Notes: generated by a model from the letters alone, not told the origin. A DNA stretch of 64,000 nucleotides from Azolla caroliniana (GCA_043228905.1 JBHGNT010000003.1:24428001-24492000); one strand, 5' to 3'. Positions 1-14,400 are shown, counted from the first letter of the stretch. Program-made: numbers and translations.

Positions 1-3000
1 TTTCCTGAGTCGTAACACCGAGCATCCACACCGAAGTGCTCGAGGTACAGGCCAACTGTGGCAATTGATCAGAGTTCGAGGAACGACTACTCGAAAGGTA
101 CAACTTTGACGACTCGCTCCGGTTGTCGAAAATGGAACTTATGGAGTGGGTTCGAGCTCCTCGAGAAGGGAAGGAATACTTCGACGCTTCTCCAAGAGTT
201 CTAGAAGCGATTTGCACGACTATCGATGCTAGACCGGATAGTCCTGGACACGAGCAAGGGCTCACGGCTGATTGGGTCGTGGTTAAAAGGGTAAGCAACC
301 GTTTCGACAAACGGCACGAGTGGAACGAAGATGGGTCAACGTCGACCAACCCGACTACTGGAGGGATAACAAGGGAACTGCCGACTCGATTGGATGGGAC
401 GAGAAGGCAGCTTGAGTAGGTCCTGGTACCGACCAACATGGTCAAGGGACCGTCCGAGGGTGCGGCTCTAGAAGAGCTGATGAAGATGGTGCGCGATCTT
501 TAGATCGCTCAAGCTCGAAGGGATGGCAAGGGTCAATCGCGTGACCGACGCCCTCCTAAGGACCTATGATGCATGTGGTGCGACGGTATCAACCACATCC
601 GAATGGACTGCGCTGACTTCACCGAGGCGATGAGGAACAATGTCGTGTACCTTTGGAATGGTAGGGTAGAGGCGAGCAAAATGTGAAGGCCCCTCGAGAT
701 GAACACCAGACAAGGAGGCATGAAAAGGTTGATGGAGGAAGTTGTGGTGCGACAAGGAAAGACCATCCATTACTAGGCGTCGGCCAACATCTGGGTAGGA
801 GGAGAGAATCACACCAGCTCTGGAAATGGCACCAGATTCTGGCCGGTCATACTTGAAGGCTTCTCCGGGAAGAAGCTAAAGAAGGAGGAGGCGAACTGCG
901 TAGAGAAGAAGATTCAGGAGGTCACCGAATGGAGCGATCCGGTTGAGGAGAAAACCGGCTTCATAGAAGCCGCATGCGAGGACTACGACTAGTGGGCTGG
1001 TAAGGTTGGAGGAGCAGGCCCTTTGGGCAGATATGACACCTGGAGCGGGTTGATGAGAGGCAACAGTGGTTTGATGAACCATAGGGGAAGGAAAAGGGAA
1101 AGTTTCCGAGCTTATGGCTGAGCTCGGAGATTGAGAAGTCAACAGACCTACAAAAGGTTTTAGAGGAGCAAATCCTCGACAACTGAGTGGAACTCTCGTT
1201 GAAGGAAGTCTTGGGCATCGCGAAGAAGGAGTTCCAAGACGCGAGCATCGACCTAGTGAAGAGAAAGCGGCTCTTGACAAAGCCAGAGAACGAGAAATCG
1301 GTTGAGGTAAAGGCAACGCTAATCGACAAAATGGCAGTGGAGGAAGAATTTGCCGAAAGTCATTATATAAAGCCACATTGGGCAACGACGATTACGGAGA
1401 CACCGGTTTGGATCAGAGACATGAAGGAGGCGGTCATAATGATGATCGACCACGAGTCAAAGATCATTAATCTGATGTCGATGGACTTCTATAAGAAGGG
1501 AAAGTGGCCGATCAACACCAAGCACGGATGGAAGATACGCGTTGTGACCCGTGCCATTGAGGAACTACACGGAGAATCCCTGAACGTTCGGGTGAAGGTC
1601 GGTGATGTCGAGATCGACCAACACTTCTTTGTGCAAGAGTCGTCCTCTCACCCGATCATACTCAATGAACCCTACATCACGATGGCCCGTATGGAAACGA
1701 AGGTGCTGGACAACGGTTCAACATATGCCAAGGTGAAGAGCCAAGACGGCTAGTATTCTGTTCAGTTCTTGACGGTTAGGCCGAACCATGAGCGCAATTG
1801 GGACTCTCTGGGTGGGGAAGGCCGAGAGGATTTTTGAAGAGGGCTATCAAGGCGTGGGGCCGCGATAGTCCGGATGACCGATCGAAACCCCACACTTGTA
1901 CATTAGGTAGGAAGTTTTGGCTCTCCGACAACGGAGGTTGTACAATATCCAGCATTAGTGGCCAAGAAAAATGACAAGTTGAGAGCCGCTTGAAGGCGTG
2001 AGGAGCCTTGGGACCTGACAACACTATCAACGGTGCTGTGGACGCGGTCTCATTCAACGACACCCTCGGGGATGTTGAGAGGGTAGTTGAGGAAGGTCTG
2101 AGCGAAGACCGGATGATATTGGTCAACACGATCGACATGTATGAAAAGATAGCGAAGTTCAGACGGATGGTCAGGGCGGGTTGGACCGCCCACATGGACA
2201 CCAAGTACAAGACTGTGGACCGGAAGGTAAGGCCAATTGCGACACCCTTACCGAAGGACAACTGGGAATGGACCCAAGCTTGCGAGCTCCGCGCAACATA
2301 GGACACTGGTTCATCGAGGAAACGCTATGGAAGCTCAAGATCGGTGGAGGTGGCTTCCTACTGCCCACGGAGGAGGGCTGGTTTCGAAGAAGGATCAAGG
2401 GTCACAGAAGGGCCTTTGCATTCTCGCCGGAGGAGATTGGGTGCGTCGACCCGATGGTGATATTCACGGTACTGCATGTACCGTGGAACCTGAAGCCGAT
2501 TCCGGTGCTGAGAGCTCACATCCTAAAGCTGATGGAGCTGCTCATTGAGAAGGTGGATATGGGGATCCTCGAACCATTGAGCGCCCCATATTCGAATCTG
2601 TGGTTCACAGTACCGAAGAAGAACAACACATTGCGCTTTATTCAGGACCTGCAACCCGTCAACAAAGTGACAATTTGAAATGGAGGGTTCGTACTTACCA
2701 TTGATGAATTTGCGGAGGCCTTTGCCAGAAGGTCGATCTACCCGGTGTCGCGTTGTTACGCTCGTACGTGTAGAAAGGGGCGGGACCACGGGGGTCTTGG
2801 ACCGAGGAGCGAGAGAGAGAGAGACAGAGAGAGATTCACCGACACGTAGAAGCGAGAAAGAGAGATATAGAACGTAACACTTAATTATAATGGCAAGAGA
2901 TTACAAACTCCGACAGTTACAACCGACAAAGCGGCGACGGACCCGACACGGGGACCCTATTCACGCACACCGACAACAGTCACACGACTCAAAGAAACAA

Positions 3001-3820
3001 AGGGGAAAGGGAGTGACTCTGCTGAAAGCACACGGGCTGTCCACGAAGCAGAGGCAGCGACCTCCCGACACTCGCAGAGAGCGACGATTCGAGTCGAAGA
3101 GAGAGAGCTCCGCCTTCCGTTCTGCAGCAACGCTTCCCCTCCTCCTCGCGCGTGATCCCTTCTTTTCTCTTCTCCTCTTCCCTTTATTCCCTGTCCCCTC
3201 TCTGGGATACGCACAATCCCCTTCTAATAAATGCGTGTGGCTTAGTAGTCACATCCACCGGTTCATGTACAAAGTATCCAGTCACGCGTCCATCCGTGTA
3301 GGGGCTGGTTTACGCGCTTTCTCTCTGATTCCGCCTATGGCCGGTTTTCTTCACGACACCGGTTGGGGATTTATACTCGGGGTATGACCGGTTCCAACTA
3401 GCTGTTAAAAGCAGGGACATCACAAAGATGTAGACCCCTCTCGACTTCGTTTGGATGTGTACCTTGCCACATGGAGGGACGAATTCGGTGGCCCACATGG
3501 TGAATGTGACGAACAAGGTACTACGGGATTGCATCCCAGACATCATCATGCCATTCCTGGATGACATCCCGATAAAAGGGTGTTCGGAGGACAGGAAGGA
3601 TGAGACGGTCGGGGAGGACGGATGCGGTAAGTTCATGGCCGACCACATTTCCGATTGCAAGAAGATATTGCAGAGGCTATAAGGTGCACGATTTACCTTC
3701 TCTAGGGAGAATTCCGCACTCAGGTAATCGGAGATCTTAGTGGTTGGACACCTATGAGGGCCTTATGGTCGGAAACGCTCTCCGGCTAAGGTAGAGGCCA
3801 TCTCGTCGATGAAGGAAGAA
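1..3820 (+). mobile_element. Degenerate non-chromovirus Ty3/gypsy internal region (element A): gag, aspartic protease and RT fragments
   Basis: Protease-like IDHESKIINLMS..VEIDQHFFVQ (1187-1753); RT motifs PYSNLWFTVPKKN..FIQDLQPVN and LPHGGTNSVAHM..PFLDDIPIKG; many stops; interrupted at 2746-3358 and truncated at about 3820. Confidence 0.9.
2746..3358 (-). mobile_element. Solo LTR, tRNA-Trp gypsy lineage, 4-bp TSD CCGG
   Basis: Termini TGTCGCG...CACGACA; CCGG at 2742-2745 and 3359-3362; removing it restores host RT GRSIYPVGDLYSGY. Confidence 0.9.
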
Positions 3821-5035
3821 TGTGGGTCTAAGTCAAAACCGGCTAGTTCGGATAACAACAGAACACAGAACAAAGGTTTAATGGAAATTGAATACACAAG
3901 AGAGATAGAGAGAGAGAGCAGAATAGAAACTCAATTCAAAATAATAACACTCTGTACATACAATGTCCTACTAAACACTTTTCATACAAGTCCTTAAAAC
4001 GACTGGCAGAAGTATTGACATGTACTTCAATGCTCATACGAGCGACTGACACTAACACCCAAAAATATGCCTATGTATTAGGCTAGATTTGTAGGCCTCT
4101 AACGACCTACCAGAATGCTCATACGAGCGATCGACACTGACTCCCAAAAATATGCCTACGTACTAGGCTAGATTCGGAGGCCTCTAATGACCTACCAGTT
4201 TATCCTGATCTGGAATACGATCCGGCTCTCAGATTCGTCTCTAGGTTTCGGATACCAATCCGGGTACTTATCCGGTTCTCTGTTCCGGATACCGATTCGG
4301 CTTTGGCTTATTCAGTCGATCGGGATCCCGCTGAACACTCCGCCTCAAGCTCAACTTGAGGTCGGATCGTAGTGTCTATGTCTACCAGTCCTTTCCTCTG
4401 GTTCCCCCTGGCGTCCTCCCGCCTAACTCGCGCTCCTCGTCCGGTTCGGTCTTGCTTTCCTCGACCCATCCGGTTTTGAGCACCTCGACCTTCTCAATCA
4501 GCTTGTCAGCTCCCTCCGCCCTCGGCCTTCAAATGATTGGGCTCTTCCGAATCAAAGATCTCGACCGAATTGGCTGTCTCTGATTCATTCCCACACTTGT
4601 CCGAATTGGTTGTCTCCAACTCGTCCTCGATCTTCAGACCCTTCACGACATCGGACCACGTCTGTGTCTTGGTCTTCTTGCCCTCCTTGGCCTTACCTCC
4701 CCCTTTTTCGGTTGGCTACGACTACGACTTCCTTTTCTGGTCACTCCCCGTGGGTTTGACAAGTCTCCACTTGGTCATTCTATCAGCTCATTCCGTATAG
4801 CCTTGGCTTCTTCAATCGATCTGTGCACTCCGACTTCTTCAGTCGGGCCGAAATCGAAATCGATATCCGATTAGGCTTCCCGGGCATCCTCTATCTCGGC
4901 TTGATTCCGTAGTTCGTTTTGACCATCTCTCCCACTTTCATTCCTCCCCCTCAAGTTCGGCAAATCGAGGTGTTGCACACCAAGCATGCCTGAAAATTGC
5001 CGTAACTTGTCAAAACGTAAGAGCTTGGTCAGGAT
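3821..5035 (-). mobile_element. Ty1/copia 3' fragment (LTR about 3821-4337, PPT, RNase H C-terminus)
   Basis: LTR edge ..GAACA followed by PPT-like CTCCGCCTCAAG; minus strand near 4945-5035 reads ILTKLLRFDKLRQFSGMLGVQHLDLPNLRGR (copia RNase H end); left edge approximate. Confidence 0.7.
4028..4198. repeat. Approximately 84-bp tandem duplication inside the copia LTR
   Basis: AATGCTCATACGAGCGA..CCCAAAAATATGCCTA..GGCCTCTAA..ACCTACCAG occurs twice. Confidence 0.85.
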
Positions 5036-5379
5036 TGGATATTACGAAAAGGCAACATTGTTATTCCAATGGACATGATTACAACACATTTAGTGTATAG
5101 GTTGTTGTAACCTACTTCGTGGCTCAAGAACATGCAAATGCATTGTGGCACCTACATAAAACGTAGTCCTCATGGAAAATCAAGCTTACGAGCTTATGGA
5201 GTTTTGATCTTCCACTTAAGCAATGGGCATTCCTATGGAGAGGAGAAGTTGGTGATGAAGGAATGAAGGATTAGGAGAGGGAGTGGAGAAGATAATGTCT
5301 CAAGGAGGAGGAGGGTGTAGGGCGCTCGTTTCTTAACTTTTAGAAACTTTGTAAGAAAATGTTTTTGGACATTTTGAGA

Positions 5380-5723
5380 TCATGGTCATGGAAAGGGTTG
5401 TTGAATACATGCTTAAGGTTCAAAAAAGTCCCTCATATCAACTTACTAGAATTGCATGGGAAGCAAGCAAAAAGATCCAAAAGACACATAAAAGCAAAAT
5501 TTTGTGATCCGATTGGATGCAAGATATAGAAAAATGGTTTGGTAGATGGGATGCAAGACACTTGCTTCATGATGCATCACTAGATTCCTCAAGAAATGAG
5601 GCCTTTTTACAACGCCAATCTATCATGACATGGGACAAATGTGGAGGCTCACGCTTCACACATTATACTACACATGTTGCACCTAATGAGGAAACCATAT
5701 TCTTCGCGGAATGGGCAAACCGT
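5380..5723 (+). mobile_element. LINE ORF2 3' fragment, left half (continues at 59968)
   Basis: Reads MERVVEYMLKVQK..RIAWEASKK..WMQDIEKWFGRW..EWANR; joins in frame to 59968. Confidence 0.75.
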
Positions 5724-6856
5724 TGTGAAGATTCTGGGCTATAGTGAGAAACTGGGAGATATTGGAGGAATCGGCAAGTGCGCCATGTGCACCCACTCTT
5801 GTAAACTTGTATAGGGAAATGGGGGCGCCTTTATGACGCCGAGCGGCAATAAAGTCGGGACGGACGATCCCATGTATCACGGGATTTATCCTACATAGTC
5901 ACGCGACCCTCACCTTGTTCTATAAAAGGGAGGGCACACTTCTTGTACAAGGATTCCCACCCGTTGGGTCCCAAACAATTTTGTTCCTCGTTTTGAGTTT
6001 CGTTTAGTGTTAATGAACTTTTGTGTATAACGTCTATTTTTGTGTTCTCTTCATCTTGGTGTGTGGGTGCATTGTCTATGTTTTCTGTTAGGGTTTCAGT
6101 GTCTTCTGTGTGCGTGCATACTTGGTGTGATCAGTTGTGGCAGGCGGCGTGCAGACGTCTGTGCTTTCCCTGAGTTCTTGCTCATTGGCTGTCAACGCTC
6201 TACGGTCCGGCATGTCTACGAGTGTGAGTAGGTGCTGGTTTTTGTCACTTATGTGGAGCCCGCATGCTAGGTGGTTCGTTGGCAGGTCTCCCTCCTTGCC
6301 GCGCAAGACCCCACTCGGTTCAGCGAGCTCATGCGCTCCCTGAAGGTGGCTTGGCATAGTAGGTGGGCCCTGTACGAGGGTCCCGTTGCGCGAACGAGCC
6401 TGAGAGCTCCCCGACCGGCCCTAGGATGCAGGCTCCCTCTTCCTCCCCATGTGGAATTGGTGTCGCAGCAAGCGTTGCGTGTGTAGGTGTGTGTGTGTGT
6501 CCCCGGTTAGCGTAGGGTCCAAGAGCGGGTGCATGTGTGGTCGTCGGTGTAGAGGTGATGGCTGTAACCGGGTGTGTATATGTGTGTGTGCGTGTGTGCG
6601 GCGTGGTTAACCGGGCCATGTCCCGTGCCTCTTTAGGGCCCCTTGTACATACTGGCGAAAGGGGTGGCAAGGACGAGGGCGCGCCCTCTCACTTCATGTG
6701 CGGTTACCGGTCGCGTTTGGAGAATATCCGGGATCGAACTGGCCAACAATGCGGCAAGCCCCGGAGGATTCGGGTCCCCGGCAACTCCTCCCCTCCTGGT
6801 CCATGACCCTGGTGGTCCCGCCCGGATCCAACATGCAAGCGCGGATTGCCGCGACA
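5724..6856 (+). mobile_element. Solo LTR, tRNA-Trp gypsy lineage, flanked by CCGT
   Basis: Termini TGTGAAGA...GCCGCGACA; TATAAAAG at 5921; CCGT at 5720-5723 and 6857-6860; the 5' terminus lacks 3 nt of the family TGTCGTGAAGA. Confidence 0.8.
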
Positions 6857-9730
6857 CCGTTGTCGTGGCGTGGCTCGCCTAGAAGCGTAGCATTGCGTAG
6901 ACAGAAGATATCGTGAAAGTGAGGAAGGAATCACTGGGATTATGGACGAAAGAGACGAAAAGAGTAGATATGTAGTAAATAGAGATCAACAAGATATGAC
7001 AAGATAGGATGTAAAATGATATTTGAGGCAATGTAAGAAATATATAATTATTAGACGAAAGAGTTACAAAATAGTTGTGAGTGTCATTGAACCTTTGCTC
7101 TTTGTCTCTCAAAGCATACCACAATCTTCGCTTCTATCGCTCTTCTCTTCCTTGATAGTAGACCACAATCTTCTCTTCTATCTTTCGATGAGATAAGACT
7201 CGAACCTCGACCCATTTTGTTGAGAATTGAGCACCACAAACGCTAAGCTAACTCTTCTCTTGCTCTTTCTATCTTATGATATCTCTTGTGTAATATAATT
7301 CTATTTGATTCTCTTGATATATCATAGAATATAGTTCTTTGATTTCAATTCCTTTCATATACTTCTGACTCTACTCTCTTCTCCTTTTATAGGAAGGGGG
7401 GGGGGGGTTTGCATGTGGGCCATATGTCAGACATGTAGAGACGGCTCTTGCATGGTGCTATATGGTGCACATGTAGTGCATTACATAGTTTAGACTATAT
7501 ATTATCAATTCAAATAATATAACATACATGGATATTGGGTAAATGGTAAGGTTTGAGACATGTATTGTAGGTGTTGTTGGTTCAAGTCTTGTCTTGCAAA
7601 TCTAATATGCTATATGGTTTACATGGAGTACATTATATGGTTTAAACCATACAATACTACTTCAAATAAAACAACACATAATTTTATACAGATTACAAGT
7701 ATAGGGCAAATGGTAAGTTTTGAGAGTCATAAGGTGGGGTTTATTAGTTCTAGTCCTCTCTTGTCCATGTAATATAATATATACATTTTTTTATTTGCCT
7801 CTACATATAATGTATAGTATTATCATAGTGTGTATTTAATATTATCTTTATAAAACATTATCAAGATTTATTTTATTTTAGTTACGTATTTATCTTCTTG
7901 TAGACTTTTAATGTGAAGCTTTCCTACTTCACGACATCCACCCCCTCTAGACCTGCACATCCTCCGGCATGTGCCACTATCTTTCATATTCATGCTGATC
8001 TATTGGAGGAGGTTCAAGGTCGAACCTTTTCTTAAAAACTTTTGACCTCTTTCCAAGTACCACATTCTTTGGTATCGACTGATCACAAAGCTCTACTTTG
8101 TTCCTCTCATGATTCAGATGAATTGTCATAAACTGTACAGTTCTTCGTCCATCGTGGCTTGGAATCTTTGTATAGGCAGAACCATTGTCAAGGACTTTGG
8201 TCTCCATCCATACTGTTGTGATGTATGTTTGCCTCAAGATTATTGGATAGGTAGATCCTTCCTACACAAAGTAATGTTGATCCACCTCTATATCACCAAT
8301 AGTAACCTTTACATTTGGGAATGCACCAAATAAATCTTCGGTGACTGATGTGGCAACTTTTACTCGCCAACCGTGTTGAGTATCAATTGGCCATCTACCT
8401 TTCTTGTAAAAATCAACACTCATTATATTTATTTCAGAACCATGATCAATAAGTGCCATCAATGGGTCGGGAACATCTTCAATCTTCACATGATGCTCAG
8501 TAATGGCTCTTGCCCAACATTTGTGAGAGTAGTGGCTTCTTGCATCTGTTGAAATTATCATTGAGGTTGATGCATGTTGAGAGTCAACAATGATATTGTT
8601 TGACTTGTTGCGCACCACTTCATATGCTACCTTCGGATTTGTCTCTCTAACCTTCTCATTTACTTGCTTCTTTCTTCACACAATATCAATTATTTCATCA
8701 TGAAAGTCCTTTTTTGCAATACCTAACACTTCTCTTAGTGTAAATTCTACTCGATTGTCTAGTATGCTTGTTTCTAAAATTTTCTTTAATTTTGTATGCT
8801 TTTCAATATCAAACATTAATTTGAATGAAGGACCAGATTTACCTTTTTCGACTTTTGCGTCCATCTCTTTTCTTTTGCTTTCTCTTGTTTCATGCTTTTT
8901 TGTTGAGCCAATCTCATCATCCAGCCTTTTCCTTTCTTCTTCCACTATCACCTCATGGTCTTGGTGTTCTGCCATCTGAGCATAGACTGTCATAACATCT
9001 ACTGAAACATCCCATCTAGTGTTTTTCCTTACAGAATTGTTAGGAAACAGGTCCCTCCGGATGGGAAGTGAGAAGAACAATACTGATGAGCAAAATCGGC
9101 CGAAACCGGATGACGAGTACCCGGCTACGGAGATCCGGATGGTGCAGACCCGGTGAGAACCGGATGACGAGTACCCGGCTACGGAGAGCCGGATGGTGTA
9201 GACCCAGTGAGAACCGGATGACGAGTACCTGGCAAGCGCCGGATGATGCAGGCCTGGTGAGGAGTGCTCACCGGATGAAGAGACATATTTGTAAATATGT
9301 TTTTGAGAGTCCATCGTGGCTATATTTGTAAATAACCGAAAAGTCATATTAGTATAAATATGACTTAGGGCAAACTTATGAATATATAGTTGTAGTCATT
9401 CTTGTTGGCGCAAGATTAGAGCGCGCAACTGTGTACAAAGAGAGTGAGAGAGAGGAAGAGGTCGTTGCCTCTGATTGTAACCGCTGCCTGTGGCGAAGAT
9501 AGCAAGCTCGAGGTCGTGGCCTCAGTGTTTTCTTATTGTACATTCTGACATAGTGATAGTTTGCGGTCTGTGGGCTGCCATGGTTTTTCTCGAGTTTGGG
9601 TTTTCCACATAAACATCCTATGTACTCTTCTCTCTATCGTGTTGTGTTTCATTCCTTGTTTCGTGTGTTTTATTCTAGGCTCGGTTGTGGCCGAGCGTTG
9701 TTCAAAGGGAGCGTGTAGTTCCTGCCAAAC

Positions 9731-9742
9731 TGGTATCAGAGC
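9731..9742 (+). promoter_or_regulatory. Primer-binding site, tRNA-iMet
   Basis: TGGTATCAGAGC, 3 nt after the LTR. Confidence 0.9.
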
Positions 9743-11478
9743 TAAACGACACAAAAAATGGACGATTCGTTGGGAGGCATGTTCAAGCTCACCGACTCCA
9801 ACTATTCGGTGTGGAAGTCGAAGCTGAGGGACATGCTCGTGGTTAAAGATCTTTGGTTGCCGGTTCAGTTTGGGGACAAGAGACCGGACAAAATCGACGC
9901 CACGATATGGGAGGTGATGCACATGAAGACAACGGCTTACATACGGTGCTTCATCGACATGAGCCTATACAACAACTCCAATGAAGAGAGCAAGGCTCAT
10001 GAGCTCTAGGAGAAGATCGACATTATGTTTCAAAACAAAAATGCTGTTAACCAGGTTTCGGTATTCCGGAAGCTAGTAAGAATCCGGTACCAAGATGGCT
10101 CTAGCATGGCGGAGCACATGAATGCCTTCCAGGGGCTGATACACCAAGCAACGTCATTGGAAGTACCTCTCGCCAATGAGGTACTAGCGCTACTCTTGCT
10201 CAGCTCCCTCCCGGATAGCTGGGAGACGTTGGTTGTCACTTTGGGCAACGCCGGGCCAAAAGGGAAACGGTTATCCCTAGCAAGAGTGAAGTCGAGCTTG
10301 GTAGATGAGGAGGCGCGTCGGAAAGATAAGGATACGAGCTCCGACTCCAAAGCACTCCTTACCGAATCGGAACGCGGAAGACAAAGGAACCGTAGTCCCC
10401 AAAACCGGGAGAAGTCGGGGACACGGTCAAACTCAAGGGGGAGGCCTACTTGCTTCTATTGCGGCAAGCCAGGACACTTCTAGAAGAACTGTCGGCATTT
10501 CCGGAAAGACAAGGAAATCGACGGTACCGATTCGAAGCGGACACCAGACCGGAACGGTAAAGACAAGAGGGGAACGAACCGGAAGGGAACAACGGCAATC
10601 GCGGCAAGTGAAGAAGAGTTGATGCTCATCACTGAGGAGAGTGAGATAAATCTTGTCGGCGACGAGATGACCTGGGTGGTCGACTCCGGAGCGTTGTTCC
10701 ACCTTACCCCGGATCGGAAATGCTTCTCATCCTACTCATCCGGAGATCACGATTGTGTCCGGATGGGGAATGAAGGTACATGCCGAATTATCGGCATAGG
10801 AGACGTGTGGTTGACAACACCATTACCGGATGCAAGCTGCTACTGAAGTATGTCCGACACGTTCCGGAGGTTCGTCTGAACCTGATATCAGCCGGTCGAC
10901 TAGATGATGAAGGCTACACAGGTAGCATCCGGAATGGTGTCATGAAGTTCAGTAAAGGGAGCCTGATTGTCGCTCGGGCCTGGAAGGTAAACATGTTGTA
11001 CCTGATGAATGCCCGGTTATGTCCTGAAGAAGTGAACGTGGCATCCGACACTGCCGTTGAGCTACTGTCAGGAATAGTACTAAAACAGAGATGGAATTAG
11101 TACTAAGAGGACGGGACTGCGTAAGATTCCCGAGAGAGAGGAAGTGAGAAGAGGAGAGAGAGAGAAATAGGATGATGACAACAACTCTTATATTATATGA
11201 AAGATAAGTACAAATCGGCTAAGAGGCTTAAGAATGGTGTTGAACCAATTTGGTTCAAAACAATGCCTTGTGCCTCCTTTTATAGTGTTTTTAGGAATAA
11301 CCATGAAGCTTCTAGAATGTTCCAGAGAGATCTGGAATATACATCAATTTTCTATGATAAAGCATAAATGAAAATAATATCCTACAAGTTACAATTCATG
11401 GTCTAATGGTAAGAGCTCGACCCATGTAGCATAAGGTCATGGGTTTGAGTCTTGCCATATCATGACACTATCTCCCCC

Positions 11479-14400
11479 TTAAGGACGACGAGTGGAACGA
11501 GTCGGCGCTAATTGCGGACCGGGTTTGTCTGGATACTTTCGGTGGAAATCAGCAAGAAGATCTTGTGCATTGGCAACATGCTCGACGGGTTCCCAAGTAC
11601 GTTCGCTCAGACTATAACCGAGCCAATCGACCAAGTAATAAAGTTTGTTGCGAACAAGTTTGGAATTGAGGATGGCAGCAACTTCATACTCCGGGCTGAC
11701 GTCCAACTCCAGCGGGGGCGGCAGTGGTGTCACACGATCGGGAATGATGTTTGCTTTATAAGGTTCAAGAAGAGAACAATGGAAAACCGGATGTATCTGA
11801 AGCTGGGGAGGGAGATCAAGGCGGAAGGTGACATCATTAATCTTCCCCGTAATACGGAAAGGACCGAGTCGTCGATAATCCAACTTGTCGCACGGTCGAG
11901 TAGTCTTGATGTGACGACGTAAGAGCCATACTTGATCTCCGATGGCAAAAGAGGAGGGAATCCGATGACGATCCGCATAAGTCTTCTGTGTGTGTTGAGC
12001 ATGACGAAGGTGAGTAGAGAGATCCATCTGGATCTTGCGTAGCCTCTCGAAATGATCCTCGGCACGAGGGTTGGTAGGTAGCTCCGGAGTGGCGATCACC
12101 GACCAGCGAGGATGGAAACCGGTATAAGCGAAAAATGGGGAGACCCGAGTCGAGGAGTGAATAGCATTATTATACGCAAACTCCGCAAAGTGGAGAATCT
12201 CGGCCCAATCGTCCTGTTGATAACTCAGGAAACACCGGAGATATTGCTCCAGCGTTTGGTTTGTTCGTTCTGCCTGCCCGTCGGTCTGAGGATGGTAGCC
12301 GGAGGAGAGGTTGCAGGAGACCTTGAGCATCTTGAAGAGATGCTGCCAAAATTTGGAGACAAATTGCGGGCCTCAGTCACTGATAATACTGTCTGGGAGG
12401 CCATGATGCCGAAATACCTCACGCATAACAAGAGCGGCAGTTTCCTCGCTAGTGATGGCTTTAGTACATGGCACAAAATGTGCCATCTTCGTATATCGAT
12501 CGACGACGGTCAGGATAACATCGAACCCCTTTGAGACCGGCAGATCTGTGATAAAATCAAGACAAATAGACTGCCATGGCTTACTTGGAATCGGTAAAGG
12601 TTCCAACAAGCCATATGGATGGTGTCGTGGCATCTTTGCTCGGCAGCAAGCATCACAGGTCCGAACGTAGTCGTCGACAAAATGGCGCATGTGGGGCCAC
12701 CAAAAAAATCGTTGCACTAGCTCCAACGTCTTAGTACTACCGAAATGTCCCGCCGTATGGGTGTCGTGACAATGTTGGACGATTTGAAGGCGACAGGAGC
12801 AATCGGGGACATATACACGCTTTTTAAAGAATAACAAACCATCATGATATTGGAATTGTCGGTAGTCAATACCTGGTTGTTGAGACTGAGAACAGGATGC
12901 CCGAGAAGTATCAATGTGCGCCAGGATGTCTTGAGCAAAACTATCCGTCTTCAAGGTTGCACGTATGTCATCGGTAATCCATGAATCCATCGGGGTGTGA
13001 AAAATCCGCGTCGTGTGCAATCGTGTTGGTCCCAAGATTACTTGCTTTTGATTATCAAATGTTGCGTCACCAGGACGAGGTGCAAGACATGAACGCCGTG
13101 ATAGTGCATCTGCTTTTCCTTGCTGCTTCCCCGGTCGATATGTGATTTTGAAGTCGAAACGCGTGAGGAATTGCGCCCATTGAGCTTGCCGTCGATTTAG
13201 TACGCGAGCGTTCTGAAAATAAGCAAGATTTTTATGATCGCTAAAGACAATGACCTGATGTGGAGAGCCCTCTAAGAAATGCCGCCATTGTACAAATGAA
13301 TCCACGATGGCTAATAACTCCTTGTCATGTATTTCGTAGTTGATTTCTGCGACATTGAATTTGCGCGAATGGAAAGCCACCGGATGCAACTCTTCTTTAT
13401 CGCCTTGTTGAGAAAGGATGCTACCGAGGGCGAAATCTGATGCGTCGGCCTCCATGATGAATGGTTTGCTTGTATCCACATGAGCTAGAATCGGTGCTGA
13501 TGTAAAGGCTTTCTTAAGATGCCGAAAAGCCATATCTGCTTCTATGGACCAAAGAAATGCTTGGCCCTTCTTTGTAAGTTGTGTGAGAGGTAAAATAATC
13601 TTCGAGTAATCCTGTATAAACTTACGGTAGAAGTTAGCAAAACCTAGAAAACATTGTACATCTCGTACCGACCGTGGAATTTGCCACTCTAGTACAGTTT
13701 GGATTTTAGCTGGATCCATGGCGATGCCCTTTGAGGAGATGACGTAACCTAGAAATTCCACTTGCTTGCAGTCAAAGCTACATTTTTCTAGCTTGGCATA
13801 AAGACCATTCTCGCGGAGTCGCTTTAGTACTAATAGTACATGAGAATCGTGCTCTTCCTGGGTCTTCGAATAAATCAATAGATCATCCAGATAAATGATC
13901 AAACAGATATCCAAGAGGTCTCTAAATATATCATTTGCCATGTGTTGGAAGACTGCGGGTGCATTGGTTAGGCCAAACGGCATAACAGTATACTCGAAAT
14001 GCCCATACCGCGTGCGAAAGGCGGTCTTCCACTCATCTCCTGGTCGGATCCGCACGAGATTATACGCTCCTCGTAGGTCAATTTTAGTAAAAAACTTGGC
14101 ACCATTAACTCGCTCTAAAAGACTTGATATAAGAGGAAGTGCATACCTATTCCGGATGGTGACTTTATTCAATCCGTGGTAATCAACGACAAGACGAAGC
14201 GAGCCATCTTTCTTCTTGACAAAGAAGATGGGTGCACCGGCCGGAGATTTCGAATGGCGGATGAACCCGCTTGCCAAGTTCTCCTCTATGTAGGCTCGAA
14301 GGACTTCTAACTCGGTGGGTGACAAGTTGTAAATTGGTCCCCATGGTGGCTCGGTTCCTGGTTGTAAATCGATGGGACAGTCATAGGGGCGGTGATGAGG

